Source: an uncultured virus (IMG/VR IMGVR_UViG_3300028107_000045) (Duplodnaviria > Heunggongvirae > Uroviricota > Caudoviricetes). From it: DNA of 64,000 nucleotides. The stretch's first letter is position 1, and each line of letters opens with the position of its first letter. Below the pieces are notes generated by a model. It was given only the letters and a program-made list of their open reading frames with translations, was not told the origin of the DNA and did not search any database. Below, piece after piece: positions 17,933 through 27,328 of the stretch. The position numbers were made by a program, and so were the translations under genes. The stretch lies in IMG/VR virus record IMGVR_UViG_3300028107_000045. One strand, 5' to 3'.

Positions 17933-18127
17933 ATGAGTAATAATGATTCCGTAGTACTACGGACCATGCGTCACATGGCTTGGGAACGAGCTAAGGGTGA
18001 GCTGCGTTCTATGCTCACCACTTTCCAGAGCGATGGTAACCCTGGTTTGTCCGAAGAGTTTACTCATCTGGACGAGGCGGTAGAGGGATTTATCAAGCAC
18101 GTTGAAGACGAGGGTTTGCATGAATAA
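17933..18127 (+). CDS. small hypothetical protein
   Basis: 64 aa; operon packing. Confidence 0.7.
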   Translation: MSNNDSVVLRTMRHMAWERAKGELRSMLTTFQSDGNPGLSEEFTHLDEAVEGFIKHVEDEGLHE

Positions 18128-18677
18128 ACCTCCGACCTACAAAACAACCAAGGCCAAACCTGGTATCCAGGATCTGTTCCACATCTCCTTCAAGAATCAC
18201 ACGTACCAGGGGATGTGGCATCCAGATAACCCGGCTGGCTTTGAGGAGTCGCAAGAGTCGGCTCCAGGGGTGGTAGGGGATCAGTCGTTCCCTTACCCTG
18301 AACCTAACCTCCCACGCATCTCGGTAGGCCCTACGATCGACCAGTGCTTCCGTGGGGTGTTCCCTAATGTCTCCAAGTTGTTCGAGGAGAAAAACTATCC
18401 GTACATGGAGTACTCTGTATTCCAGCCTAAGTTTAAAGGCACTGAGCGCATGATACTCCCTAGTGAGTTGACGTCGCAACGGATAGTGTGGGATGCATGT
18501 GTAACAGAAGAACACTGTATCCTCGACTCAGTCTGGATGCAGTTTACTGGACGAGTGAGGATCTTCAATACCAATGCTTCTCCAACTATGTTTGTCCATC
18601 CATTCGGTGATCCAAAGAACCCGCTGGAAAGTGTCGGACCTGCTGTCATCCGGTACGAGTGGATCGCCCGCAAGTAA
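18120..18677 (+). CDS. conserved phage protein, possibly ADP-ribosyltransferase-like fold
   Basis: LFHIS, PRISVGPTIDQC and VWDACVTEEH motifs; fold assignment is tentative. Confidence 0.65.
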   Translation: MNKPPTYKTTKAKPGIQDLFHISFKNHTYQGMWHPDNPAGFEESQESAPGVVGDQSFPYPEPNLPRISVGPTIDQCFRGVFPNVSKLFEEKNYPYMEYSVFQPKFKGTERMILPSELTSQRIVWDACVTEEHCILDSVWMQFTGRVRIFNTNASPTMFVHPFGDPKNPLESVGPAVIRYEWIARK

Positions 18678-18777
18678 CAACAGTAGTGCCTTTGAATCCA
18701 TTATCCAACATCCACGAGATATGACCGTACCAGAATTCGTGGATCATCTCTCAGAACTTAGTAAAAGGAATAAAGAT

Positions 18778-19344
18778 ATGCCAATACGTGACGGTATCAA
18801 CGACGAACGTGGTGCACACAGCGAAGAACGCCGTGACCCAGAACAACGTGATCCGCTGGCCAAGCCACTCGGCGCTACCCGCAAGGTACAAAACCCACAG
18901 TGGTGTGAGCCCGAGACTGCATACATCATCGGTCTCGGTGAGCAGGTCGAACATAACACCGACCTGCGTGACTTCACTAACGCTGAGATCGCTGCAGAAC
19001 TCGCCAAGATTGCTTCCTACGGCGTAGGCGAAAGCTCGCGGGCAGCTGCTATGTTGCGTGTTGCGGCAATGCGTCTGACCAAGGCCAACGTGGAAGTCTC
19101 TAACTGGAAGGAATTCGTTCCAGCCGACAAACTCAACAAGTCGGAACTGATCGACTTCCAGGTACTCCACACTGGCGCAATCGTGACCTACTACGTGGAA
19201 GACCGTGAGGCTCGGCAGATCAATGTCTACACTGCTGATCAATCCGGTCGTTTGCTGGAACAACGTGTGATGTCACCAAGTTCTTCGGAAGAGTACGTCC
19301 ACAACATGCAAGCGTACGCTCACATCCACCGTGGTCGTCGTTAA
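18778..19344 (+). CDS. hypothetical protein
   Basis: AAAGGA RBS before ATG 18778; alternative ATG at 18721. Confidence 0.7.
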   Translation: MPIRDGINDERGAHSEERRDPEQRDPLAKPLGATRKVQNPQWCEPETAYIIGLGEQVEHNTDLRDFTNAEIAAELAKIASYGVGESSRAAAMLRVAAMRLTKANVEVSNWKEFVPADKLNKSELIDFQVLHTGAIVTYYVEDREARQINVYTADQSGRLLEQRVMSPSSSEEYVHNMQAYAHIHRGRR

Positions 19345-19381
19345 CTTGTAGATAAAGTTGGATCTACATTACTAAGGTGTA
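19340..19381 (+). promoter_or_regulatory. phiKZ-type early promoter
   Basis: GTTAA-N20-TACATTAC-TAAGGTGTA. Confidence 0.7.
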
Positions 19382-19498
19382 ACGCTAGTTAATTTTATCG
19401 TTACTGGGTTTTAATAAGTATGAGGAAGTCCACCAAAACACTTCCTCACTCTTACTTCCATAACAAACCGTATTCGGTTAACCAAGAAGGTAATTGTC

Positions 19499-20431
19499 AT
19501 GACTCAAGCATCGATCGTCGCCCGTGCAGTTTCGAAGAAGTCCCTGGTAGTTAAAGTTGACACCACCGCCAACGAAGCCCGTCTGGCTGAACTCGGTTTC
19601 GACCGCGAGTTCCAACGCGCCAAGCAAGAGCGCCTGGTCACCTTGGACATCCGCAACTACAAAGCGACGTCCAAAGACGAAGCTGGCTACGGCAACTGGA
19701 CCGATCTCCGCATCGAAGGCGAGATCGTTTCTTTCGGTGCGCTCGAATCCAAGGACAAGGAGTTCGCTCTGATTTTCCTGGCCACTCGTCGCTCCATTCA
19801 CTTCACCGTGGTCAACGGCAAGAAAGTCTGGTCCTTCGTTATCGACGGCACCGGTACCGACGCCTGTGACGTGATCCGCACCATGTTCAACAACGCTCTG
19901 GTGCGCGGCCCGCGCGTCTACGACAAGAACGCTACCATCGTTGCCGACTTCTGGCAGCACGTCCTGACCGCTGTATACCCGGAACCGACCATCATCGAGA
20001 TCGGCCTGTACAACAAGGACCAGCAGTACGTTTCTTCCCGCGTGTACTTCGACCCGACCCGTCCGCACGACCTGACCCTGTCGGCTGGTGGCCTGTGCTA
20101 CCACTACGATCTGAACGTGTTCCCACGCGAGTCGATCAACAAGGGCCTGGGTGCCTGGTCGGCTGAACAACGCAAGCGTCAGACCTCCAGCGGTGTGGTA
20201 TCCATCGGTAGCCTGTTGGTAAAGAAGGGCAACAAGGACAAGGAAAAACGTCCAGCGCGCGTTGACATCGCTTCGCTGGGTCTGAAACCCCTGTCCGAGC
20301 AACTGGTGATCCACGAACGTACCCCAGCCGAGAAAGCTGGTGACGCTAAACGTGCCGCCGCACAAGCTGCCAAGGCTGCACCGAAAGCTGCTGCTGCGCC
20401 GGCTGCACAGAAGGCCAAGAAAAAGGCCTAA
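19499..20431 (+). CDS. probably abundant protein with Ala/Lys-rich C-terminal tail
   Basis: Strong C-ending codon bias; ends AAAQAAKAAPKAAAAPAAQKAKKKA; own promoter and terminator. Confidence 0.85.
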   Translation: MTQASIVARAVSKKSLVVKVDTTANEARLAELGFDREFQRAKQERLVTLDIRNYKATSKDEAGYGNWTDLRIEGEIVSFGALESKDKEFALIFLATRRSIHFTVVNGKKVWSFVIDGTGTDACDVIRTMFNNALVRGPRVYDKNATIVADFWQHVLTAVYPEPTIIEIGLYNKDQQYVSSRVYFDPTRPHDLTLSAGGLCYHYDLNVFPRESINKGLGAWSAEQRKRQTSSGVVSIGSLLVKKGNKDKEKRPARVDIASLGLKPLSEQLVIHERTPAEKAGDAKRAAAQAAKAAPKAAAAPAAQKAKKKA

Positions 20432-20447
20432 GCTGTAATACTCGGTA

Positions 20448-20479
20448 AGTACCCTACCAGCCAGTGCTGGTAGGGTACT
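20448..20479. terminator. CCTAC-family hairpin
   Basis: AGTACCCTACCAGC-cagt-GCTGGTAGGGTACT, followed by T-rich sequence. Confidence 0.75.
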
Positions 20480-20508
20480 AATCTTTTACTCTATTTTGGA
20501 ATTTGATT

Positions 20509-21678
20509 ATGTCTCAAGATCGTATTGTTGTAGATTTGAAATGGCTGGCTCAAGGTGAGGAAGATCCGCATCCTCGTTATGTAGAAATTGGTCGTGACGA
20601 CCTGGCTGGCGCTCATCTGCTGAGCGACGACGAACTGGCCTACAGTCTGTCCATGATGTCGACTATCAGCGACGAGCAAGACGCCGCACGGATGGTAGAC
20701 TCGCATCGCAACGGCGGTGACTACATCCACAAGAGTTTGCTGGGTGAAATAGCCAAGGATCGTCTCCGTTGGCTGTCGCGCCGCATCGCGGTACTGGAAG
20801 GTCGTTACCCTGGGTCGGATAAACCCAAGGGTGCTACCATGGAACAACTCCAGGCTCTCTGCAAAGAGAAAGCCCTGCACCTGGATCTGTCCTACAGTCA
20901 CCAACATGCTGGCTGGATATCCCAGTGGGTAGATGGTGTGTACACGTTGCCTGCTCTGGTGGATGCTGTTATCGAAGCCATCCAGGCTGCGCATCCGGAT
21001 ACCATCATCCGTGCAGACGAACCGTTGTATGTCCCACGCGAACCAATCGACTCGCCGGAGATGCTCCAGGAGTACATCGCTGAGGCTCGTTTACAGCAAC
21101 AAATTCCATTGCTGGTAGGTTGGCTTGGCATCACCGAGAAAACCACCCACAAAAAGCTCGTAGAGGCTCTGGCACTGCATAACGTCAAGGTCGATGCAAT
21201 GAAGGTCGGTCTGGTAGTCGGTTTCTCCACCAAGGGCCAATTCGGCAAGCGCTGGCAGGTATATGTGTCACTGATGCGGGATCTGCTTAAACAGGGCATC
21301 TACATCCCGTTCTACGACGACGCCTACGTGGTGGATCCAAAAGGCTTGGTGCACATCAAGTCATCCAAGTACCACGGCGCTGGTCGACAGTACAAGGTCC
21401 GTATCCGCATCGAGCCTGGCCAGAAGGGTCCACAGAACATCGTGCTACCAGCTGCGGTGGTGGATGCCACACACCGGATCCAGGACCAGTTCTTCCATGA
21501 GCCGACCCCGGTACCTGCCGAAAACCTGGATCTCAAAAAGGAAGCCATCGAAGCCATGGCTGAAGACATCTACGACAGCTGGTCCAGCAAGGATGGCTGG
21601 ACTCCTTGGGTAGCTGGCGGTAACTCCGATATGCAGGTTGAAGCACGTCGCGAGGCCGCCAAACTGATCGGTGGTTAA
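20509..21678 (+). CDS. hypothetical multi-domain protein
   Basis: About 389-aa ORF with phage codon usage. Confidence 0.8.
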   Translation: MSQDRIVVDLKWLAQGEEDPHPRYVEIGRDDLAGAHLLSDDELAYSLSMMSTISDEQDAARMVDSHRNGGDYIHKSLLGEIAKDRLRWLSRRIAVLEGRYPGSDKPKGATMEQLQALCKEKALHLDLSYSHQHAGWISQWVDGVYTLPALVDAVIEAIQAAHPDTIIRADEPLYVPREPIDSPEMLQEYIAEARLQQQIPLLVGWLGITEKTTHKKLVEALALHNVKVDAMKVGLVVGFSTKGQFGKRWQVYVSLMRDLLKQGIYIPFYDDAYVVDPKGLVHIKSSKYHGAGRQYKVRIRIEPGQKGPQNIVLPAAVVDATHRIQDQFFHEPTPVPAENLDLKKEAIEAMAEDIYDSWSSKDGWTPWVAGGNSDMQVEARREAAKLIGG

Positions 21679-22077
21679 ATGCCAATCCCACGTATCAAGA
21701 TAACCAAGAACGAGGAGGTCCTGGCACTTACGCTGGGTATCCTCAGACTTGGGCCGTTGTATCTGAAATACGACTACCTGGATGCCCAAGTGTGTTTTGA
21801 CTGGGCTGAAGACCGGAAGTCGGTGACGTTGTCTTACTACCATAGTGGCGTGCTCTGCTACAAGGTGGAAGGACGTCCTTATAAGGAAGACGATCTTATC
21901 CAGATGCGCTTAACGTTGTTGGAGATCCCGGAGTTAACCGAAGATCAAAAATTACTATTGAGCCGCAAAACGATAATCACCGACTTCTATAACCTGCTGG
22001 GTGTCATTTGCCGTAAGGTCTACATGAATAACGGCGATCTGTCTGACACTCCTACCAGCGTAGTACGTACGTTCTAA
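21679..22077 (+). CDS. hypothetical protein
   Basis: Abuts upstream stop; 132 aa. Confidence 0.7.
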   Translation: MPIPRIKITKNEEVLALTLGILRLGPLYLKYDYLDAQVCFDWAEDRKSVTLSYYHSGVLCYKVEGRPYKEDDLIQMRLTLLEIPELTEDQKLLLSRKTIITDFYNLLGVICRKVYMNNGDLSDTPTSVVRTF

Positions 22078-22082
22078 AGGTA

Positions 22083-22111
22083 ACCTACTGCACCCATTGG
22101 GTGCAGTAGGT
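22083..22111. terminator. CCTAC-family hairpin
   Basis: ACCTACTGCACCCA-t-TGGGTGCAGTAGGT followed by a T-rich tract. Confidence 0.75.
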
Positions 22112-22170
22112 ACTTAACCTATTTTGTTTTTAAGTAATTTACCACAGTGTGTTATATAACTTACTTGCGT

Positions 22171-22212
22171 TTTAAATTTTGGGGGATCTCAGGCCTATAT
22201 TACTTGGGTGTA
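22171..22212 (+). promoter_or_regulatory. phiKZ-type early promoter
   Basis: TTTAA-N20-TATATTAC-TTGGGTGTA, full consensus. Confidence 0.8.
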
Positions 22213-22258
22213 TAGACAGTAAGTCATTTGGCTTACTAACTACATTAGGAGTAACACC

Positions 22259-22783
22259 ATGGAACTGCGCAATATTTCCAAGAAAGACTTCAAAGCCATT
22301 TTCGGTAAAGAAGGTTACGATCTGGTGAAAGGGTATGATGTTAATGTACTCGTCGTTGAAGCTGGGTTTATGCCGGAGCTGGATGCAACTGGTTATGCCG
22401 GTGGCGTTACTGGTTATGATTTCAAAGATGGTAAGGGTCTAGTACTGACTCTGATCATCAACCCTAGTGCGATTTACGCTACCATGAATGACTTGGAGCG
22501 TGCTTCGGACATGCGTTTCACTATTCTCCGTAGTTACTTGGTACACGAGCTGACTCACGTCAAGCAGTACCTTGACGGGCGACTGTCTGCTATTGGCGAC
22601 CAGGTCTATTGGGAAGGTGAACCTGTTGCACCACAAACCACCATAAGCGAAGCTTACGCGACTACCCCTTGGGAGATCGAAGCTTACGGTGCTCAGGCTG
22701 CTTACGTTAACGGTAGTACACAGGAAGAGGGTGTTGCTTTCTTCCTGGAAACTATCAAAGAGCGTTTCAAACAAGCAGCTTAA
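22259..22783 (+). CDS. zincin-like metallopeptidase
   Basis: LVHELTHVKQY (HExxH) and downstream PWEIEAY third-ligand motif. Confidence 0.8.
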   Translation: MELRNISKKDFKAIFGKEGYDLVKGYDVNVLVVEAGFMPELDATGYAGGVTGYDFKDGKGLVLTLIINPSAIYATMNDLERASDMRFTILRSYLVHELTHVKQYLDGRLSAIGDQVYWEGEPVAPQTTISEAYATTPWEIEAYGAQAAYVNGSTQEEGVAFFLETIKERFKQAA

Positions 22784-22818
22784 TGTATTAATTCTCATTG
22801 GGTAAAAGGAATAAGGCA

Positions 22819-23289
22819 ATGGCCAACGCAACTGGTTTCCGCGCTACTAAGACTTTCAACTGCCTGGCAGAGTCCGACTACTGCGAGCACTGCTCCGCTG
22901 AGGACCTGTCCAAGGCTGTAGGGTATTTTTACGAGAACGACAGTCACGGTCCCGTAGGTCGTTATATCGTGTGTGCTGAGTGTCGTCAGGAGGGTGAAGA
23001 GGCTGAGGGTAATCAGCCTACCTGCTGTCACGACTGCAAGCTTACGGTGTTGGTTAAAGACACTATTGCTTGGAAGTGGTATGACTTTTACGCTGCGCAA
23101 GGTGATGAACCAGTAATCATCTGCAAAGCGTGTGAAGTCTTGCCTACGCACATCAAACGTGTGGAAAGGGATAACGCCGATTACGCTGCCGAGTTCGGCC
23201 ATCAGGAGGATGAAGCCTATTACGGTGATCCTGCTGATGAGCACGACGAAGACGATATCGACCCATCCATGTTTGACGAAGAAGAATAA
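22819..23289 (+). CDS. Cys-rich putative zinc-binding protein with acidic tail
   Basis: CEHC, CAEC, CHDC and CKAC pairs; D/E-rich C-terminus. Confidence 0.75.
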   Translation: MANATGFRATKTFNCLAESDYCEHCSAEDLSKAVGYFYENDSHGPVGRYIVCAECRQEGEEAEGNQPTCCHDCKLTVLVKDTIAWKWYDFYAAQGDEPVIICKACEVLPTHIKRVERDNADYAAEFGHQEDEAYYGDPADEHDEDDIDPSMFDEEE

Positions 23290-23301
23290 GGACCTACGAC
23301 A

Positions 23302-23619
23302 ATGACTATCGAAATCCAAACCCCAAGCCGTCGTGTTAAAGCTGTGATGATGCGTGCCCAATCTAAAGATCCAGTCATGGTGCGCACTTACAGCTACATG
23401 GACACCGCAATGCCGCGTATGTTGCAGCTGGCTATGACCTACTGCAACGAAGGTGATTTCATCGAATTCAGCAGTATTGAATTCGGGTGGCAGTTGGGCA
23501 TCATGCGTATGCGCAAGGGTGGACAGATCTCTGTAGAGATCAGCGACATGGTTCGCAATAGCCCATCACTGCTCAAGCTGATGTCGGAAGACCCGCAGTT
23601 CTATTCCCGTTACGTGTAA
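23302..23619 (+). CDS. hypothetical protein
   Basis: AAGGA RBS; 105 aa. Confidence 0.75.
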   Translation: MTIEIQTPSRRVKAVMMRAQSKDPVMVRTYSYMDTAMPRMLQLAMTYCNEGDFIEFSSIEFGWQLGIMRMRKGGQISVEISDMVRNSPSLLKLMSEDPQFYSRYV

Positions 23620-23629
23620 GGAAAATAAC

Positions 23630-23920
23630 ATGAGTAAGTCTCAAGAGCAGTACGAAGCAGAATACACCGACCTCGAAGCTAAAGAGCGGTCGCTGGAAAT
23701 CCGTTTGGCTGATGAGGAAGAAGAACGTCACTCACTCTATCGTGCCAAGAAGGACACTGCCGATATCTGGAAACAGATCCGTCAGACCGAGTCGGAACTC
23801 CGCGCGGTACGCCGCGACATGGTAGTGGTCTCTGACGAAGCTGGTTGGGGTGGAGAAGAAGACGATGACGAGCTGTTCTATACAGAGCAGAGCGAGGGTA
23901 AGTGCAGTGACTCCAACTGA
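23630..23920 (+). CDS. acidic coiled-coil hypothetical protein
   Basis: AAGGA RBS; heptad-like, E-rich. Confidence 0.7.
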   Translation: MSKSQEQYEAEYTDLEAKERSLEIRLADEEEERHSLYRAKKDTADIWKQIRQTESELRAVRRDMVVVSDEAGWGGEEDDDELFYTEQSEGKCSDSN

Positions 23921-24236
23921 ACAATTCGTTAACTTCCTGATCAAAAGCAAACCATCGGTCGATGCAGCGGATAACGTAATCGCTGACTCAGTCGGTATGA
24001 TGGAAGCAGTCTTAGCGGGACTCCGGATCGAACGTCCAGAGACCACTGCTGAGGAAGTGGTGGGTTACCTACGTCGTGTTGACTTCCGCACAGCTATGGC
24101 GATGATTGCTGCTACGCATGCTGCTGAACTGCTAAAAGAGATAGTGAAGGAATACGTTGAGCTGAAAACCAAAGCTACCCGTAAACCTAAGTTCTATCAG
24201 CGCTGGTGGTGGGCTGTAAAACGTAAATTGCATTAA
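23907..24236 (+). CDS. hypothetical protein
   Basis: GAGG RBS before GTG 23907; ends before the terminator. Confidence 0.65.
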   Translation: MTPTEQFVNFLIKSKPSVDAADNVIADSVGMMEAVLAGLRIERPETTAEEVVGYLRRVDFRTAMAMIAATHAAELLKEIVKEYVELKTKATRKPKFYQRWWWAVKRKLH

Positions 24237-24242
24237 TAGGTC

Positions 24243-24275
24243 TAGTACCCTACTCCCAATGGGAGTAGGGTACTA
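24243..24275. terminator. bidirectional CCTAC-family terminator between convergent operons
   Basis: TAGTACCCTACTCCCA-a-TGGGAGTAGGGTACTA plus downstream T-run. Confidence 0.8.
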
Positions 24276-24295
24276 TTCCGTCTTTCTTTTTTGTT

Positions 24296-24484
24296 TCAAC
24301 CCGGGGGTGGGTTTTGCAACGCGGCTACTTGATCCGTCAGGTCCTGGATTTGCTGCAACGCAGCACCCAAGTCTGTCTGCAAAGTAGCGATGGTGCTTTG
24401 AGCCTCTTGCAACTGGGCTGTAAGTGCCTTGATGTCACCCCCAACCACCTCGGCCAACGCCAGTGCATTTGCGCTGGCGCTCAC
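24296..24484 (-). CDS. small coiled-coil tail-module protein
   Basis: N-terminus paralogous to 24489-25049 (MSASANALALAEVVGGDIKALTA vs MSISANLILLAQALGADVKALTA). Confidence 0.7.
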   Translation of the reverse strand: MSASANALALAEVVGGDIKALTAQLQEAQSTIATLQTDLGAALQQIQDLTDQVAALQNPPPG

Positions 24485-24488
24485 TTAC

Positions 24489-25049
24489 TTACTCCGCAGC
24501 TTTAGCGGCGTTGTAGGCGGCAACCAAGTCAGCGTCGGCGTCGCCGATGGCTTGGTCGATCGCATTGACCTGACCGGACAGGGCGGTCAATTCGACGTTG
24601 CTTGCAGCCCCGATGTTGCCAAGAGCGAAATCACGTTGCTCGGGGGTCAGGACCTGAGGCTGGTCGAAGCGCACGGCATTGCCGATCAGGGCAGTCAGAG
24701 CCGCAACGGCGTCATCTTGGCCAACCAGGAGGTCTTGCAGTTCCTTGAAGGTGTCGTATGCACCACCGGCACCGTCCAGGAGTTCGTTCTTGACAGCGGT
24801 CTTGGCAGCTTCGATGCTGTCGAACACCTTGTCAGCCGACCAGACGACGTCTACGTCACCGTTACCGGCAGCGTCGTCGATCTGAGCGCCACCAGCCTGG
24901 ACCAGGCCGTGGATTTCAGCCAGGGCGGCAGCCAGGCTGGTCTTGTTGGTGGTTGGGAGGGAAGCCAGGTCACCTTGGGCGGCGGTCAGGGCTTTGACGT
25001 CGGCACCGAGTGCCTGGGCGAGCAGAATCAGATTTGCAGAAATGGACAT
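24489..25049 (-). CDS. putative fibre-associated virion protein
   Basis: GAGGAYDTFKELQDLL and VRFDQPQVLTPEQ..A..NIG motifs typical of phage fibre/hinge segments. Confidence 0.75.
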   Translation of the reverse strand: MSISANLILLAQALGADVKALTAAQGDLASLPTTNKTSLAAALAEIHGLVQAGGAQIDDAAGNGDVDVVWSADKVFDSIEAAKTAVKNELLDGAGGAYDTFKELQDLLVGQDDAVAALTALIGNAVRFDQPQVLTPEQRDFALGNIGAASNVELTALSGQVNAIDQAIGDADADLVAAYNAAKAAE

Positions 25050-25054
25050 GGTAT

Positions 25055-25447
25055 TTACCCTTGTTTAGCTGTTTGATAGGCAGTTAGTAAATCAAGGTCA
25101 TTGAGTTCGTCGATGCCTTCTCCAGGTTTACCCTGGAGTGACTCCGATACGACCCATTCCGACAGATTCCATACAGCAATGGTAGGACCTACAAAGTAAG
25201 CACTACCATCCGGAAGAGCGGCGGTATCAATACCAGCTAAGGCTTCTTGGTCAGGCAATGTCCCAATAAAATGGATGCCCTTACCGCCTGATCCTAACTG
25301 TAGACGTTCCAACCATTCCTTCAGATACGCGGTGCGATCCGCAAGTACCTGAATGGGCTTGTTGGCCTTTGCACTGGACATGGGGAGACGTAGCACGACA
25401 TGAGGTACATCCTCAAATCGCGGTTCGTCTTTTAACAATCGCATCAT
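25055..25447 (-). CDS. short paralog of the N-terminal region of the collagen-like fibre
   Basis: LADRTAYLKEWLE vs LDARTRWLKEQLE; WNLSEWVVSESLQGKPG vs WNGTEWASSGSLRGERG. Confidence 0.75.
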   Translation of the reverse strand: MMRLLKDEPRFEDVPHVVLRLPMSSAKANKPIQVLADRTAYLKEWLERLQLGSGGKGIHFIGTLPDQEALAGIDTAALPDGSAYFVGPTIAVWNLSEWVVSESLQGKPGEGIDELNDLDLLTAYQTAKQG

Positions 25448-25477
25448 ACATTACCCTCCTTTGTTGCCTTGTTTAAA

Positions 25478-26353
25478 TCATAATAATACCAATTCAAGCA
25501 CTGGGCGCCAGTTGCCACCAGTCGTACGAGGAGACCCACTTGAAGGGGACGCTGGCTGAACGCCAGAAAGGTATGCGGGTCCCGTGGCATTGAACTCTGC
25601 AAACGGGTGGAACCCTGTGGTGAATGGGGTAGCGTTGACTTCGGCCAGATCCAATGCAGGGGCGGGGTTATAAGTGCCGAATGCAGACCCCATGGTCATA
25701 TACCACTCACTGTCAAACACCTGTCTAGTGACGTAAGAATAATCTGGGGTATTCTGACAACGAGGCAACCGCACTACAAAACTGTGCTCACCTTTGGTGA
25801 TAAGACGTCTTTGGTTAACGGGTGTGAGTCCATGTCCTGTAGCCGGTCCTGGACCGTCCACGCCATATACCACACCTGCGGTGTACAAAGTGTTCCAACT
25901 CAAACTAGAAACAATGTAGCGTTCCGGGTAATACAGAATTTTACCATTGAACACAAACTTGTGCCATTGATGAGCAATGTTGTACAAGTTACCTGAGCCT
26001 ACCCAAGTATGCAGTTCGGCGTTGGTGAAGAAATCAGCACTGCTGATTGCGCCGAAATATCCACGGTACCAATCACCAGCCATCAGTTCCTGAGGACCGG
26101 GGCCGGTATAGGGCATATTGATTGCCATGGTCGGGTAACCGTAAACGATTTCCGTACCTATTTTTACAGCAACCCAGTACCAGTAGTACTTGTTGAGTGC
26201 TGCTGTGTCGTCCGTCCACGTGGTAGCACCGTCGATGATAGTAGCTACTTTGTTGGTGGGGATTTCGTTGGCAGTGGGTTTAACTTCCGACCGATAGATC
26301 TGGACCTCGTCAAACGATATGTTTGGGTTGGTCCACTTTAAAGTGTTGCTCAT
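25478..26353 (-). CDS. tail fibre/baseplate-associated protein, phiKZ gp131-like family
   Basis: N-terminal FN3-like LKWTN..IYRS; GPGPQELMAG..GYFG; terminal WRPVLELV. Confidence 0.8.
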   Translation of the reverse strand: MSNTLKWTNPNISFDEVQIYRSEVKPTANEIPTNKVATIIDGATTWTDDTAALNKYYWYWVAVKIGTEIVYGYPTMAINMPYTGPGPQELMAGDWYRGYFGAISSADFFTNAELHTWVGSGNLYNIAHQWHKFVFNGKILYYPERYIVSSLSWNTLYTAGVVYGVDGPGPATGHGLTPVNQRRLITKGEHSFVVRLPRCQNTPDYSYVTRQVFDSEWYMTMGSAFGTYNPAPALDLAEVNATPFTTGFHPFAEFNATGPAYLSGVQPASPSSGSPRTTGGNWRPVLELVLL

Positions 26354-26356
26354 GTT

Positions 26357-27319
26357 TTAAATCTCCACTGTCAACTGTGGTACCATTTCCAAGATAGGGG
26401 TCCAAGACAAGGAAGTGGCCCAAGTGGTAATGCCACCAATAGCCTCCAATTCCACGCCAGTTGTTGCAGCGGTGCTTGGGGTACCTTGTAGTGTGCCTGT
26501 GGTGCCGAACATGGTGCAAGTGGCTGTTTGACGACCAGCGTTTTGCTGGCTAGCCACTACATAATACTCGGTGTTGGGCGCTCGTTGGGATGAAGGCACA
26601 AAACCACGTACGCCTGGATAGATGAGGTCTGAAACCTCACTGTACCGACGAACCGCTGGGGTTTGCCCTGATGATGAGATAGCGCGGCTGGGGTTGTTAC
26701 GATCATCAGAAGCGGTCGGGAGTCGGACAATGAATTTATCATAGCCGCGTTCGATGGTACGTAGCTGGTTAACGTTACCACCGGTACCCAAACCAGGGTT
26801 CCAAGGACCGTTGTTGTCCATGCCGTGCACCAAACCAGCCTGGTAAAGGTGTATCACAGTAACAGCATTGGCGAGTGGTTGGGCTGGCACGAAACAGATC
26901 TTACCGCGTCGTATCCATTTATGCCAGGTTGGGACAGGGTTGGAAGGAGGCGAGTTTAAGGTAGCCTGTGCCAGTACGGCTACTTCGGAAGCACTGAAAA
27001 AATCAGTAGACTCCACGATACCAAAGTAACCGTAATCACTGTTACCCCAGATTAACTCGCGCGGACCAGGGCCATTGTTGAAATCAGCAAAGATCTTCCG
27101 GGGCAAGGAATAACTACGCACGTTACCATCGGTGGTCTCAATGGTGTAGTAATACGTCTTTCGACGAACTGCTGTAGTATCAGTCCATCCAGTCGCTGTC
27201 CCAGCCAACGTCGCTATGGGATCACCCAACTGCTCATTGGGGACTTGGGTTTCGTTACGATAGATCTTGATGGTTACCGGAGTAGTGTTCCGGTTAACCC
27301 ACTTAAGTTTAATGTCCAT
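26357..27319 (-). CDS. tail fibre-associated protein, gp131-like family
   Basis: LKWVN..IYRN; GPGPRELIWG..GYFG; WTPILEMV. Confidence 0.8.
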   Translation of the reverse strand: MDIKLKWVNRNTTPVTIKIYRNETQVPNEQLGDPIATLAGTATGWTDTTAVRRKTYYYTIETTDGNVRSYSLPRKIFADFNNGPGPRELIWGNSDYGYFGIVESTDFFSASEVAVLAQATLNSPPSNPVPTWHKWIRRGKICFVPAQPLANAVTVIHLYQAGLVHGMDNNGPWNPGLGTGGNVNQLRTIERGYDKFIVRLPTASDDRNNPSRAISSSGQTPAVRRYSEVSDLIYPGVRGFVPSSQRAPNTEYYVVASQQNAGRQTATCTMFGTTGTLQGTPSTAATTGVELEAIGGITTWATSLSWTPILEMVPQLTVEI

Positions 27320-27328
27320 GAGGATTCC

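Noticed and set aside
19345..22258. tRNA or ncRNA genes in the larger intergenic gaps (19345-19498, 22078-22258)
   Set aside because: No cloverleaf or T-loop GTTCRA context seen; gaps are explained by terminators, promoters and leaders.
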